The position numbers and the translations under genes were made by a program. From an uncultured Anaerolineales bacterium (lineage in GTDB: Bacteria > Planctomycetota > Phycisphaerae > FEN-1346), in the NCBI GenBank assembly GCA_964526295.1, contig CAZGKW010000012.1:30643-94642 (forward strand): a stretch of 64,000 nt of DNA, read 5' to 3'. The notes under the pieces were generated by a model that saw only the letters and a program-made list of their open reading frames with translations, did no database searches and had not been told where the DNA came from. Below, one piece after another: positions 20,720 through 30,229 of this stretch (position 1 is its first letter; the number at the start of each line of letters is the position of its first letter).

Positions 20720-21361
20720 CTACGGCTGCTGCTGGTCGGGGGCCGCCCTGGGCCCCTCCGGCGCGTAGCCCAGGCGGGCCAGTTGCTTTCGGGCCCAGCT
20801 CCGCCACCTCGCCCGTTCGTCCTCGTGAAGCACCTGCTCCAGGAGCAGGCAGACCTCGTCGGTCCGGTCGCCGCGGCGGACGAGCGTCCGGGCGAGGTTC
20901 GCCCGGTACTCGATCACGTCGGGGGCGAGTCCGACGGCTTCGCGATAGTAGGCGACCGCCTCGTCGAGCTCGCCGGCCTCCTCGTGGACGAGTCCCAGAT
21001 TGTTCCGGGGCCCGGCGTGCTTGGGCAGGAGCTGACGCGCGTCCTCGAACTCCCAGGCCGCCTTGTGGAAGTCGCCCTGCCGATAGTAGACCTTGCCCAG
21101 GTTGTTGTGGGCCGGTCCGAACTCGACGTCGGCGGTCAGGGCCCGGCGGAACGCCTCGGCGGCCCCCTCCAGGTCGTCCTGGGCGAGGTGCCGGAGGCCG
21201 GCGGCATTGGACTCGCGGGCGGCCTCGGTGTCCCGCCCCGGCTCCGGCCGGATCGTGGCGTAGACACGGGTCGGCGACTGGGCCTTCCACCCCGTCGCAC
21301 AGCCGCCGCCCGCGAGCACCGCGCCCGCCAGGAAGAGACACAACGCGATCTTGCCAGTCAT
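20720..21361 (-). CDS. TPR-repeat outer-membrane lipoprotein (PilF/PilW- or T2SS pilotin-like).
   Basis: Lipobox LAGAVLAGGGC. TPR repeats (..AAEAFRRAL..GPAHNNLGKVYYRQGDFHKAAWEFEDARQL..NNLGLVHEEAGELDEAVAYYREAV). It is the last gene of the minus-strand T2SS array. Confidence 0.6.
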   Translation of the reverse strand: MTGKIALCLFLAGAVLAGGGCATGWKAQSPTRVYATIRPEPGRDTEAARESNAAGLRHLAQDDLEGAAEAFRRALTADVEFGPAHNNLGKVYYRQGDFHKAAWEFEDARQLLPKHAGPRNNLGLVHEEAGELDEAVAYYREAVGLAPDVIEYRANLARTLVRRGDRTDEVCLLLEQVLHEDERARWRSWARKQLARLGYAPEGPRAAPDQQQP

Positions 21362-21371
21362 GGTCGGTCCT

Positions 21372-21905
21372 TCAGATATCGCGTGCCGCCGTCGCGGTCG
21401 GCACGTACATCAGGTAGGTCAGCGTGGCCTCGGCGTCCCAGACGTCGCGGGGGACGTCGCCGTGCGGGATACGAAGCCTGAGGTCGCGGACGCTCAGGCC
21501 CGATTCGGCCGTCAGGTGATGCAGGAACAGCGCCGCCTGGCGAAGCGTCACGCCCCGAATCGCGAGGACCGTGGGCTTCTGGACGTACGGCGTGTTCCCC
21601 AGGCGCCGGGGCGCCTGCGGCAGCACCCCCTCCAGGGCGTCCTTTCCGAGGCCGACCTGACGCGAGGCGGCCTCGATCCGCCGGCCCAGTTCCTGGACGC
21701 CCATGGCCTCGGCCGCGGCGACCGCCGGGGCGTCGCGGAGGGCCCTGATCTCGCCGGCCAGGACCTTGCAGTCGGCCAGGTCGCGGGCCGCCCCGAGGGC
21801 CGTCTCCCGCTGATCGAGCATCCACAGCACGTTCCATGCCGCGGCGATGACGAGCATCGCCAGCATCACGGCGATCAGGATCGCCTGTCTCGCGTGGGCG
21901 GTCAT
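21372..21905 (-). CDS. gspM: T2SS protein M-like (bitopic inner-membrane protein).
   Basis: 177 aa with an N-terminal TM (AILIAVMLAMLVIAAAW). It follows the GspL-like gene, and its start overlaps the GspL stop. Confidence 0.5.
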   Translation of the reverse strand: MTAHARQAILIAVMLAMLVIAAAWNVLWMLDQRETALGAARDLADCKVLAGEIRALRDAPAVAAAEAMGVQELGRRIEAASRQVGLGKDALEGVLPQAPRRLGNTPYVQKPTVLAIRGVTLRQAALFLHHLTAESGLSVRDLRLRIPHGDVPRDVWDAEATLTYLMYVPTATAARDI

Positions 21906-23284
21906 GGGGTACCCCCTTCGCCGGCTGAGGCGGGCCGCGGCCTGGCGGTGAAGAGGAAGCTGACACCCCCCTGCCGCAGGGCCTGGGTCTTCGGGGGCTG
22001 GACCTCGTACCGGCCGGACTGGCGTACGGCGATCGCGACGCCCTCCGCTTCCGCATGGCTGCGGGCCTGGCCGTCCAGACGGATGAAGTCCGGCTGGATG
22101 TTCAGATCCAGGATGCGGTACCGCACGTCGGTGGGGAGGCTGCCCAGCACCTGCCGCAGGTGCTCCAGCGCCGAGGTCGACGCCGCCGCTTCGCTGACGG
22201 ACGCGTCCGATTCGTGTCCGCCGATGCCCGCCAGCTTCCGTTTCTCGCTCAGGAGCCGCCCTCGGGCGCCGGCCCGGGGCACCGGCTGGCCCGGCAGGGC
22301 CTCCTTGCAGACGTCCGTCTGCTCCGCCAGGTACGCCTCGCGCAGCGCCTGGTACCGCCGCCCGCGCCACTGAGCGGCACCCGAGATCGAGACCAGCAGC
22401 AGCACCACGGCCGCCACGAGGGCCCCCAGGGGCCGGCGATACGTCCTCAGCGGGTCGGGGGCGGCCAGTGCGTCGCACCGCAGGTCGATCCACGGCGAGT
22501 CGTCGCCGGCGAGGACCTTCGCCGCATGAAGCGCCGCGGCCCGGTCGCCGCCCAACTCCCGCATCTCGACCCGCTGAAGGCCCTCCGGCACCAGTTCGGC
22601 GGGCCGCGTCGACCCGCCGTCGCCGAGAACGACGACGGGTCCCGGCCGGTCCTCGGACGTGGCCCAGACGGCCAGCCGCTCGCGGACGACCGCGCCGTCG
22701 TGGGCAAACCACCACCAGTCGGCCGGCCTGCCGCTTCGAAGCTCGACCAGGTCGTAGGCGGGGGGGGCGCCGTCCTGCCGGCGCCCCTCGCGTATCAGGA
22801 CCGCGCCGGCGTCCCTGGCATGGCGATCGACCACGTGGGCCGCCGCCAGGAAGGCCCGCGGGCAGACGTGCCTCACGCGGACGCCCGCCGCCTCGAAAGC
22901 GTCGACGACGGGCTCGAGGCGTTCGAGCTGGGCGCAGACGCCGAGGGCCCGGGCGCCGGCGGCGGGGAGGTAATCGGCGACGACCTCCTCAGCCGAGCAC
23001 GGCAGGTGCTCCTCCAAGCGGAACGCCATCCCCCGGCGGCGCGCGCCCCGCTCCAGGCCGTCCGTCGAGATCGCCGCGCACAGACACCACGACGAGGGGA
23101 CCACCAGGGCGATCGGCTGGTCGGCGTGCCCGAGACCCGTCAGCTCCTTCCGGGCCGCCTCGACGCGGCCCTCGGCGGTCGCGTCCGCCCCAAACGGGAC
23201 CTCGGCCAGGTGCACGTCGCCGTCGCGCACGGCCGCCGCGCGCCACGCCTCGTCGCCCAGAAAGACCAGGTAACGGTCGCTCAT
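21902..23284 (-). CDS. gspL: T2SS protein L-like. An N-terminal cytoplasmic actin-like domain, a single TM helix and a periplasmic C-terminal domain.
   Basis: 460 aa with a mid-protein TM (LGALVAAVVLLLVSISGAAQW). Position and architecture match GspL. The start overlaps the upstream stop. Confidence 0.55.
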   Translation of the reverse strand: MSDRYLVFLGDEAWRAAAVRDGDVHLAEVPFGADATAEGRVEAARKELTGLGHADQPIALVVPSSWCLCAAISTDGLERGARRRGMAFRLEEHLPCSAEEVVADYLPAAGARALGVCAQLERLEPVVDAFEAAGVRVRHVCPRAFLAAAHVVDRHARDAGAVLIREGRRQDGAPPAYDLVELRSGRPADWWWFAHDGAVVRERLAVWATSEDRPGPVVVLGDGGSTRPAELVPEGLQRVEMRELGGDRAAALHAAKVLAGDDSPWIDLRCDALAAPDPLRTYRRPLGALVAAVVLLLVSISGAAQWRGRRYQALREAYLAEQTDVCKEALPGQPVPRAGARGRLLSEKRKLAGIGGHESDASVSEAAASTSALEHLRQVLGSLPTDVRYRILDLNIQPDFIRLDGQARSHAEAEGVAIAVRQSGRYEVQPPKTQALRQGGVSFLFTARPRPASAGEGGTP

Positions 23285-23799
23285 GGCCGCGTCCCTCCCC
23301 CCGCAGCCGGTGCGAGGACCAGCTCGATCGTTTCGTCGGCGTACTCGACCGTGACCGTCTGCTGGTCGATCCGCTTGACGGTCACGGCCCCGCCCGCGTC
23401 GTCGACGCTTTGCCCCTCGGCACAGAGCGCGATCGTGCCGTCCTTCTTCTGAAACATCGCCATCGAGTGGCCGGGTTCGTCGACCGTGCCGATCAGGCGG
23501 ACGGTCATGGGGACCTTCGAGGCCCCGCCGGCGACGGGGGCGTCCTGGAGCGGCCGCCGAACGTCCAGTCCGGAGACCCGTTGAAGCTCGGCCAGCTTGG
23601 CCCGGGCCCGCTCGGCCTTCGCCTGCTCCGCGGCCGGGTCCCTGGCGGCGCCGCCGGCCCCCTCGGAGGACGGGACGTCCGGTTCGTCCGGGCCGGTCTC
23701 GAGCGGCACGGCCACCCCTGCCGCCAGCACCGCGACGGCCGCGAGCCCGACGGCCGCGGCGGCCAGTCCGATCGCCCGTTTCCGTTGACGCACGTTCAT
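23281..23799 (-). CDS. Small membrane-anchored periplasmic T2SS accessory protein (GspC/PilP-like position).
   Basis: 172 aa. N-terminal TM (IGLAAAAVGLAAVAVLAAGVAV), then an acidic/Pro-rich linker and a C-terminal beta-rich domain. Sits between the GspK-like and GspL-like genes. Confidence 0.4.
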   Translation of the reverse strand: MNVRQRKRAIGLAAAAVGLAAVAVLAAGVAVPLETGPDEPDVPSSEGAGGAARDPAAEQAKAERARAKLAELQRVSGLDVRRPLQDAPVAGGASKVPMTVRLIGTVDEPGHSMAMFQKKDGTIALCAEGQSVDDAGGAVTVKRIDQQTVTVEYADETIELVLAPAAGGGTRP

Positions 23800-23803
23800 A
23801 CCA

Positions 23804-24760
23804 TCACCAGGCGAACTCGTATCGGCGGTCGATATCGAGCAGGCGGCCGGATCGGCCCGCCTGGCCGCCCTTCTCGACGCCGCCCTCTCCCACGACCAGC
23901 GTGTGCCAGGACCGCTGCCGGCCCCGGACGATCACCCAGAGGCCGTGGCAGGACGACGCATCGGTCACGCACTCCTGGATCCGCAGTTTCTCGTCGCGAT
24001 CGGCCTTGTCGAGCTCCGCGACCATGGCCGGGAGACTGCGATAGGGGTCGCGGCTTCGCACCTCGAGCAGGGCGGCGACGAGGTCGCGGCCCAGCTCGCC
24101 GCGGCAGGCCAGCTCGACGACGGCGTCCGGGGCCCGCCGCAGGTTCACCTTGCCGTCGCCCCAGCAGGTGATCGCACGGACCAGCCCCGGTCGGCGTCCG
24201 TCGCCGGCCAGCCGCTCCGGCAGGACGCCTTCGAAGACCTGGCCGTAGCCGGCCACCTTCGACAGGTTGCCGGTCTGTCGGGAGAGGCCCTCCCCGAGCG
24301 CGAGGGTCCGAAGCGCCAGGCCGCCCTGCCGGACGAAGCCGCCGCCGGCCTCGGCGATGAGGTGGGCGACCTCGGAACGGGCCTCGCCGCGGCCCATCTC
24401 GTCGACCAGCACGTTCACGTTCAGCTTCGCCTGCTCGTCCGTCACGAGCAGCTCGTAGTCGAGGTCCGCGAGGCGGCAGGCGACACGGCGCTCGACCATC
24501 GGCGGGTTCAGATATCCCTGAGGGCCTGCGACGCCCTCGCCCCGCTCCGCCTCGTCGAGCAGCATCGCGGCCCGCGGCAGGAGCGCCTCGCGGCAGCTCG
24601 CCACGGCCCACCGCCGCTTCAGCTCCTCGACGGCGCCCCGTGCCTCCAGCGCCTCGACCATGCTCCGGCGGGCCATCCCCGCCAGCGAGATGGCCGCCAG
24701 GAGGACGAGCACCAGCACCAGCAGCAGGGCGAAGCCCGATTGTGCCGACCGGCGTCTCAT
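23804..24760 (-). CDS. gspK: T2SS minor pseudopilin K-like.
   Basis: N-terminus MRRRSAQSGFALLLVLVLVLLAAISLAGM resembles GspK leaders. ~318 aa. Follows the J-like gene, with a stop/start overlap. Confidence 0.55.
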   Translation of the reverse strand: MRRRSAQSGFALLLVLVLVLLAAISLAGMARRSMVEALEARGAVEELKRRWAVASCREALLPRAAMLLDEAERGEGVAGPQGYLNPPMVERRVACRLADLDYELLVTDEQAKLNVNVLVDEMGRGEARSEVAHLIAEAGGGFVRQGGLALRTLALGEGLSRQTGNLSKVAGYGQVFEGVLPERLAGDGRRPGLVRAITCWGDGKVNLRRAPDAVVELACRGELGRDLVAALLEVRSRDPYRSLPAMVAELDKADRDEKLRIQECVTDASSCHGLWVIVRGRQRSWHTLVVGEGGVEKGGQAGRSGRLLDIDRRYEFAW

Positions 24761-25752
24761 GTCCGTCCGCCCGATTCGATCATGACGATTCGCTCGCGGG
24801 TCGGCTGGGTCGCGTCGTCCGTCCAGAGGCGAAGCCGCCACACGGTGCCGACCGCCCGCCGACGGGGCGCCTGTTGCCCCTCGGCCGCCCCCCCGATGCC
24901 CCCCTGCCAACCCCCCTCGTCCCGTCCGGCGGGACGGGCCTCAGACGAGCCGGCCCTTCCCCGCCTGGAACCGGCCGGGCCGGCCTCCTCCGAAGTTTCC
25001 TCATCCCCGGAGCGGCCTTCGAGGACCCAGGGGACCAGCTCGATGAAGATCCAGTTGCCGCGGATGCGGACCTGCCCCTCCGGTCCGTCGGCCGGGAACT
25101 CGACGCCCTCTATGCCGGATTCCCTGGGGGGCGCCGAGGTCTTCGCTTCGGCCGGGCCGCGGTTGCCGGGGCCCGCTGCCGCTTCCGGCCCTGCTTCGCT
25201 TGCCGCCTCGGCCTCCTCTGCCTCGACTCCGCCCCCGGCGTCCGTCCCGCCGGTCGTCCCGATCGCGCCGGCGTTGAGCGTCCGTATCTCGCCGGTCCCG
25301 GCCATGCCGCCGAGGCCGATCAGCTCGAACCGCGTGACCCCACAGCAGACGAGGTCGCGCTGCACGTTCTGGTTCGTCAGGACGTCGAGGACGGCCTGGC
25401 GGCGGATGAGCCACGGCCGGCCGTCGATCCTCTCGATCTTGTAGAGCACGAGCACGGGCCGATGCGTCCGCTCGCGGGCCCGTCCATCCAGGGCCCCGTA
25501 GCCCATCAGCACCACCTCGTTGGCCTTGGAGGCGTCGATGCTGTGTGCGTGCGCGAGGTCCTCCCGGAGCAGGCCGACCCAGGCGTCGAGTGCCTCATCC
25601 CCGCCCGCAGCGCCGGCCTCCTCAGCGATGCCTGCCGCGACCTCGGGCGCCCCGAGGTCGGCCACCACCGCCAGGACGCCGATCATCAGGACGGTCGAGA
25701 GGGCCGTGGCCACGAGCAGCTCCAGCAGCGTGAATGCCCGCGCAGTGCTCAC
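24757..25752 (-). CDS. Minor pseudopilin (GspJ-like) with a prepilin-type N-terminus.
   Basis: The GTG start overlaps the upstream TGA (GTGA). Prepilin motif ARAFTLLELLVATALSTVLMIGVLAVV. Confidence 0.6.
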   Translation of the reverse strand: MSTARAFTLLELLVATALSTVLMIGVLAVVADLGAPEVAAGIAEEAGAAGGDEALDAWVGLLREDLAHAHSIDASKANEVVLMGYGALDGRARERTHRPVLVLYKIERIDGRPWLIRRQAVLDVLTNQNVQRDLVCCGVTRFELIGLGGMAGTGEIRTLNAGAIGTTGGTDAGGGVEAEEAEAASEAGPEAAAGPGNRGPAEAKTSAPPRESGIEGVEFPADGPEGQVRIRGNWIFIELVPWVLEGRSGDEETSEEAGPAGSRRGRAGSSEARPAGRDEGGWQGGIGGAAEGQQAPRRRAVGTVWRLRLWTDDATQPTRERIVMIESGGRT

Positions 25753-26201
25753 GGCGTCGCCTCCGGCACGGGGCCCGCTTCCGGGACGGGCCGCACCAGG
25801 TCGACGACCACGAGCGGCCCATCCGGGTCGGCCGACTGCGACGCCCCCATCGTCGACTCGTAGACCTCGACCCGCACGACGCGTGCCCCCAGCCGCTCGA
25901 CCGCCTCGTTCTCGACGAGGCGCGTCCGCCAGGTCAGCGATTCGCCGGTGCCGAGGGTGCCCGATTCGTCGACGGGCACGCCCTCTGGTTCGGCCCACCA
26001 CCCGGCAATCAGGTCGTCGGCCTCGCGGACGGCCATGTGCGTCCGCCGCGCCAGCGCAAGCTGGTGCGTGTGCCGCGCCTTCGCCAGGACGATCCCGACG
26101 AGGATCGCGCCGAGGATGGCGATGGCGGCGACGACCTCAATGAGCGTCAGGCCGCCCCGTCTCGAGCACCGCGAACAGGTTGTCGACTTCGTCGTCTTCA
26201 C
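25749..26201 (-). CDS. Minor pseudopilin (GspI-like).
   Basis: Prepilin motif RRGGLTLIEVVAAIAILGAILVGIVLA. The annotated start overlaps the upstream gene by 65 nt, so the true start is uncertain. Confidence 0.6.
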   Translation of the reverse strand: MKTTKSTTCSRCSRRGGLTLIEVVAAIAILGAILVGIVLAKARHTHQLALARRTHMAVREADDLIAGWWAEPEGVPVDESGTLGTGESLTWRTRLVENEAVERLGARVVRVEVYESTMGASQSADPDGPLVVVDLVRPVPEAGPVPEATP

Positions 26202-26733
26202 AATCGAGCACCATCTGGCCTGTCAGCCCCGCGAAGACCAGCCACCGGCCGTCGCCGCGGCCGGCCGGAGCGCCCCGGGGAGCCGTTCCGGAGCCGGACA
26301 CCAGGCGGAGGGCGTAGCTGGCGCTGCGTCCGGCCGTCGAGCAGGCGACGTCCACCACGCCGGATTCCTTCCCGCGGGCCGCCGGTCCCCCCGGCACCAG
26401 CGCCGAGGAAGCGGCCCGGGCGAAGACGACCCGGTCGATCCTGTGGCCGACCGGCAGGTCCAGGACGTGGCCCGGCATCTCGGTCCCGTCGTCATCGAAC
26501 ACGACCCGGCAGACGACCTGCCGGTCCAGGTCGAAGCGGAGGACGCAGGGCCGGCCCAGGCGTCGGGCGGCGATGCGGGCCCGCCGGTCGGCGTGGGCGA
26601 TCCGGCCCACGGCGTCCTCGCGGGACCACCGCTTCGCCTCGTCGGTCATCGACCAGACCACCGCACCGGCCAGGAGCCCCAGCAGCGCGACGACGGCCAT
26701 GACCTCGATCAGCGTGAAGCCGCCGCGTCGCAC
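26137..26733 (-). CDS. Pseudopilin (GspH-like).
   Basis: MRRGGFTLIEVMAVVALLGLLAGAVVW has the class III signal peptide signature. Confidence 0.65.
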   Translation of the reverse strand: MRRGGFTLIEVMAVVALLGLLAGAVVWSMTDEAKRWSREDAVGRIAHADRRARIAARRLGRPCVLRFDLDRQVVCRVVFDDDGTEMPGHVLDLPVGHRIDRVVFARAASSALVPGGPAARGKESGVVDVACSTAGRSASYALRLVSGSGTAPRGAPAGRGDGRWLVFAGLTGQMVLDCEDDEVDNLFAVLETGRPDAH

Positions 26734-26736
26734 GGG

Positions 26737-27180
26737 CTACTCCTCCACCTCTCGGGCATGTCCAAGTACGTCGGCGACCTGCCAGGAATAGACGTCGGCG
26801 TTCATCCCGTCGCCACCCTCGCGGCCGTCCGCCCCGAAGCTGATGACCTCGAAGGGGCCCTTCCGCCCGGGGCTGTTGTACTGGTAGGGGTTGCCCCAGG
26901 GGTCGAGGCGGGTCTTGATGGGGAGGTCGTCGAGGCCTTCCTCGTTGGTCGGATAGCGGCTGTGGGTCAGGTAGAACGTTTCGATGGCCCGCTCGATGGT
27001 GGCGATATCCGACTTCGTCCGGTTCACCTTGGCGGTGTCCATGTAGCCGGTGACCTTGAGGGCCACGGCGCCGGCCAGCAGGCCGATGATCACCACGACA
27101 ACCATCACCTCGATGAGCGAGAACGCGGCACGTCTCCGACCGCCTCCCATGGGGCGTCCAGGGCGTGACCGGCGGGCCAT
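26737..27180 (-). CDS. gspG: Major pseudopilin, type II secretion system protein G.
   Basis: RRRAAFSLIEVMVVVVIIGLLAGAV matches the GspG N-terminus. Conserved ..TKSDIATIERAIETFY..GRYP..L..L...L.DPWGNPYQY.. The start is chosen at the M with an AGCAGGA RBS; alternatives are 27201 and 27150. Confidence 0.85.
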   Translation of the reverse strand: MARRSRPGRPMGGGRRRAAFSLIEVMVVVVIIGLLAGAVALKVTGYMDTAKVNRTKSDIATIERAIETFYLTHSRYPTNEEGLDDLPIKTRLDPWGNPYQYNSPGRKGPFEVISFGADGREGGDGMNADVYSWQVADVLGHAREVEE

Positions 27181-27190
27181 GTCCTGCTTT

Positions 27191-28405
27191 TTAGAGCACA
27201 TCGGCAGCCTCCAGAATGGGAAGAATCGCGGCGAACGCGATGAACCCCACCGCGATCGCCAGGAGCACCGTCATGACCGGCTCCAGCAGGGCCGCGAGCC
27301 GGCCCGACGTGATATCCACCTGCGTATCGTAGTCGACGGCGAGGCCCTCGAGCATCGTCTCGAGCCGCCCCGACGCCTGGCCCACCGAGAAGACCTGGAT
27401 CACCAGCGGGGGGAACGCGCGGGTCTTCTCGAGGGCCACCGAGATGTCGCGCCCCGCACAGACGGCCTTTTCGCAGGCCACCAGGGCGTCGCGGAGCACC
27501 CGGTTGTGCACGGTTCGCTGGGCGATGCGGACCGCCCGGACGAACGTGACGTCGCTCTTCAGGAGCGTGGCCATGACCATCGCCATCCGGGCGATGGCCT
27601 GCTTGCGGATCAGCTCGCCGAAGAGCGGCACCTTCAACTCCAGCCGATGCCACGCCCGGCGCCCGCCCTCTGCCCGAAGGACGGCCCCGACCGTGACGAC
27701 CAGGGCCGCGGCCCCGAGCAGCAGGGCCCACCACCCGCCGAGGAGGAAATCGCTGACCGCCTTGACGACCATCGTCGGCATGGGCAGCGTCTTGCCGCTG
27801 TCGAGCAGGACGCCCAGCAGGTTCGGCACGACGTAGGTCATCAGGAAGATGCTGACGGCCAGGCCGACGGCCATCACGATGCCGGGGTACAGGAGGGCCG
27901 AGGCGACGCGGTTCTTCAGGCGGGCCGTCCGCATGCGGAACTGGACCAGCCGCCCGAGGGCCACGTCGAGCGTGCCGGCGTTCTCGCCCACCTCGACGAT
28001 GTTCAGGCACAGCTCGTCGAACAGGGCCGGCTCGAGGCCCATGGCCTCGGCCAGGCCCCCGCCCGCGGCGACGTGGTCGCGAAGCAGCAGGACCGATCGC
28101 TGAAAGCGTCCCTGGTGCTGGCGGAAAATCGTGTCGAGGGCCTCGAGCATGGGGATGTCGGCCGCCAGGAGCGTCGACAGCTCCTGGAGGAACCCCGTGA
28201 CCTTGGCCGTCTGCCGGCCCGTCAGGTAGCGGGCCCACCAGCCTTCGCGCCGGCCGGGCTGCTGCTCGGCGATGTCGCGGACCGAGAGGCCCTGGGCCCG
28301 CAACTGGTCGCGGGCCTGGCGGGGCGAGTCGGCGGCGATCGTGCCGCGCACCAGGCCCCCCCGGCCGTCTCCGTTCCCGCTCGCCGTGTAGACGTAAACC
28401 GCCAT
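27191..28405 (-). CDS. gspF: T2SS/T4P inner-membrane platform protein F.
   Basis: MAVYVYTASG.., two T2SSF repeats, and TM helices. The ATG overlaps the gspE stop (TGATG). Confidence 0.85.
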   Translation of the reverse strand: MAVYVYTASGNGDGRGGLVRGTIAADSPRQARDQLRAQGLSVRDIAEQQPGRREGWWARYLTGRQTAKVTGFLQELSTLLAADIPMLEALDTIFRQHQGRFQRSVLLLRDHVAAGGGLAEAMGLEPALFDELCLNIVEVGENAGTLDVALGRLVQFRMRTARLKNRVASALLYPGIVMAVGLAVSIFLMTYVVPNLLGVLLDSGKTLPMPTMVVKAVSDFLLGGWWALLLGAAALVVTVGAVLRAEGGRRAWHRLELKVPLFGELIRKQAIARMAMVMATLLKSDVTFVRAVRIAQRTVHNRVLRDALVACEKAVCAGRDISVALEKTRAFPPLVIQVFSVGQASGRLETMLEGLAVDYDTQVDITSGRLAALLEPVMTVLLAIAVGFIAFAAILPILEAADVL

Positions 28406-30093
28406 CAGAGAGTCGCCCTGATTGCGACGCGTATCACCTCGTCGAGGGTCGTGCGGCCCGCCGCCACCTTCGTCAGCCCGTCCTCGCGGAGGCTGTGCAT
28501 GCCGGCCCGCTGGGCGGCTTCGTTGATGGCCGCCGCGGTCGATTGGGCGTGGATGAGCCGGCGGACCTCGTCGTCGACCATCAGCAGCTCGAAGCACCCG
28601 AGCCGGCCGTGATAGCCCGTGCCCCGGCACGCCTCGCAGCCCGCCCCCTTGCGGAACCGCTGCCGCTGCTCGCGAGAAGGCTCGAAGCGGAGGGTCTCGA
28701 GCTCGGCGGCGTCCGGCACATCGGGCCGGGCGCACTCCGCGCAGACCCGCCGGACGAGCCGCTGGGCGAGCACCCCCACCAGCGAACTGCTCACCAGGTA
28801 GGGCTCGATCCCGAGGTCCAGGAGCCGCGTCACGGCGGAGGCGGCGTCGTTGGTGTGCAGCGTGCTGAAGACGAGGTGGCCGGTCAGGGCCGACTGGATG
28901 GCCAGGACGGCGGTCTCGTGGTCGCGGACCTCGCCGACCATGATGATGTCGGGGTCCTGCCGCAGGACGCTTCGAAGGCCGCTGGCGAACGTCATGCCCT
29001 TTTTCTCGGCGATCTGGATCTGGCTGATGCCCTCGAGCTGGTACTCGATGGGGTCTTCGAGCGTGATGACGTTCCTCTCGGCGGAGTTGATCTCGCCGAG
29101 GGCGGCGTAGAGGGTGGTGGTCTTGCCGGAGCCGGTGGGTCCGGTCACGAGGACCAGGCCGTGCTCGACGCCGATCAGGCGGGCGAACCGCGCCAGCGTC
29201 CGCTCGTCCATGCCCAGCTCGCCCAGGGTGTAGAGGCGGACGCTCTTGTCGAGCAGCCGGATGACGGCGCGCTCGCCGTGGCTCGCCGGGACCGTCGAGA
29301 CCCGCAGGTCGATGACCCGGTCGCCGACCTGGACGGTGGCCCGCCCGTCCTGGGGCAGCCGCTTCTCGGCGATGTTCATGCGGCACATGACCTTGACGCG
29401 GCTGACGACCTCCTCCTGGACGCCGACAGGCAGGTCGAACAGGTCGAACAGGACGCCGTCGATCCGCATCCGGACGACGAGTCGGTCCTCGTAGGGCTGG
29501 ATGTGGATGTCGGAGGCCTCCTGCTGGACGGCCTCGAACAGGATGAGGTTCACCAGCTTGATGACCGGGGCCCGGTCGGCCACGTTCAGGAGGTCCTCGC
29601 GTCCGCCCAGCTCGCTGACCTGCTCGATGACGGCGGCCCGGTCGAGGGCCTCGACGAACTCCCGGGCGGCCCCTTTCTGCTGGCCGTAGGCCTGGTTGAT
29701 GGCGGGCCCGAGCCACCCGGGGTCGGCGGCGACAACGTCGATGGCGGCCCCGAGCCATCGGCGGAGCACGTCCTGGGTCCGGGCGTCGTCCGGGTCGGCC
29801 ATGGCGATCCGCATCGGGCCGTCCTCGGTCGCCAGGCCCAGCACCTGCTTGGACCGGGCGAAGCCGATCGGCACGCGCTTGACGAACAGGGCCGAGGGAT
29901 GGGCCCCGGCGATGTCGACCGAGGGCCGGGGGGGCCGCGTCACGCCGTCCGGACGGCCATCCGCCTGCGGCCGGCCGGCGTCTTCGGGCGCCGGGAACGC
30001 GTCGGCGGCGCCGTCGGCCTCGGCGTCCGCCGTCGGGGGCGAGCGGACCGCGTGGGCGTCAACCTGCGGGTTGCGTTGGAAAGGCATAATCAT
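28405..30093 (-). CDS. gspE: T2SS ATPase GspE (GspE_N domain, AAA+ ATPase, C-terminal Zn-finger).
   Basis: Walker A GPTGSGKTTTLYAALGEIN. Carries the tetracysteine motif CAECARP..CEACRGTGYHGR. The N-terminal domain is GspE_N-like. Confidence 0.9.
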   Translation of the reverse strand: MIMPFQRNPQVDAHAVRSPPTADAEADGAADAFPAPEDAGRPQADGRPDGVTRPPRPSVDIAGAHPSALFVKRVPIGFARSKQVLGLATEDGPMRIAMADPDDARTQDVLRRWLGAAIDVVAADPGWLGPAINQAYGQQKGAAREFVEALDRAAVIEQVSELGGREDLLNVADRAPVIKLVNLILFEAVQQEASDIHIQPYEDRLVVRMRIDGVLFDLFDLPVGVQEEVVSRVKVMCRMNIAEKRLPQDGRATVQVGDRVIDLRVSTVPASHGERAVIRLLDKSVRLYTLGELGMDERTLARFARLIGVEHGLVLVTGPTGSGKTTTLYAALGEINSAERNVITLEDPIEYQLEGISQIQIAEKKGMTFASGLRSVLRQDPDIIMVGEVRDHETAVLAIQSALTGHLVFSTLHTNDAASAVTRLLDLGIEPYLVSSSLVGVLAQRLVRRVCAECARPDVPDAAELETLRFEPSREQRQRFRKGAGCEACRGTGYHGRLGCFELLMVDDEVRRLIHAQSTAAAINEAAQRAGMHSLREDGLTKVAAGRTTLDEVIRVAIRATL

Positions 30094-30229
30094 AACCAGA
30101 CCTCGAACTGATCTACCCCTTTTCTGGCCGTCCGCGTCGGCCGCGGCTGCCGCGGCGACGAGGCCGGTCCCGCGCCGCCGGGCGGCCGGCCTCGTCGGCG
30201 GGCCGACGGGGCGCGGGTCCCCGGGGCCC
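30094..30229 (-). promoter_or_regulatory. GC-rich inverted repeat in the 136-bp secretin–gspE spacer. It is a candidate intra-operon attenuator, RNA-processing site or internal promoter region.
   Basis: CGACGAGGCCGG..(18 nt)..CCGGCCTCGTCG is a 12-bp perfect stem. This is the only gap larger than 100 bp inside the minus-strand array. Confidence 0.3.

Noticed and set aside
27191-29758. An 855-aa ORF assigned as one large gene.
   Set aside because: It is gspF (27191..28405) plus an out-of-frame read-through across gspE. The true gspF start is the ATG overlapping the gspE stop.
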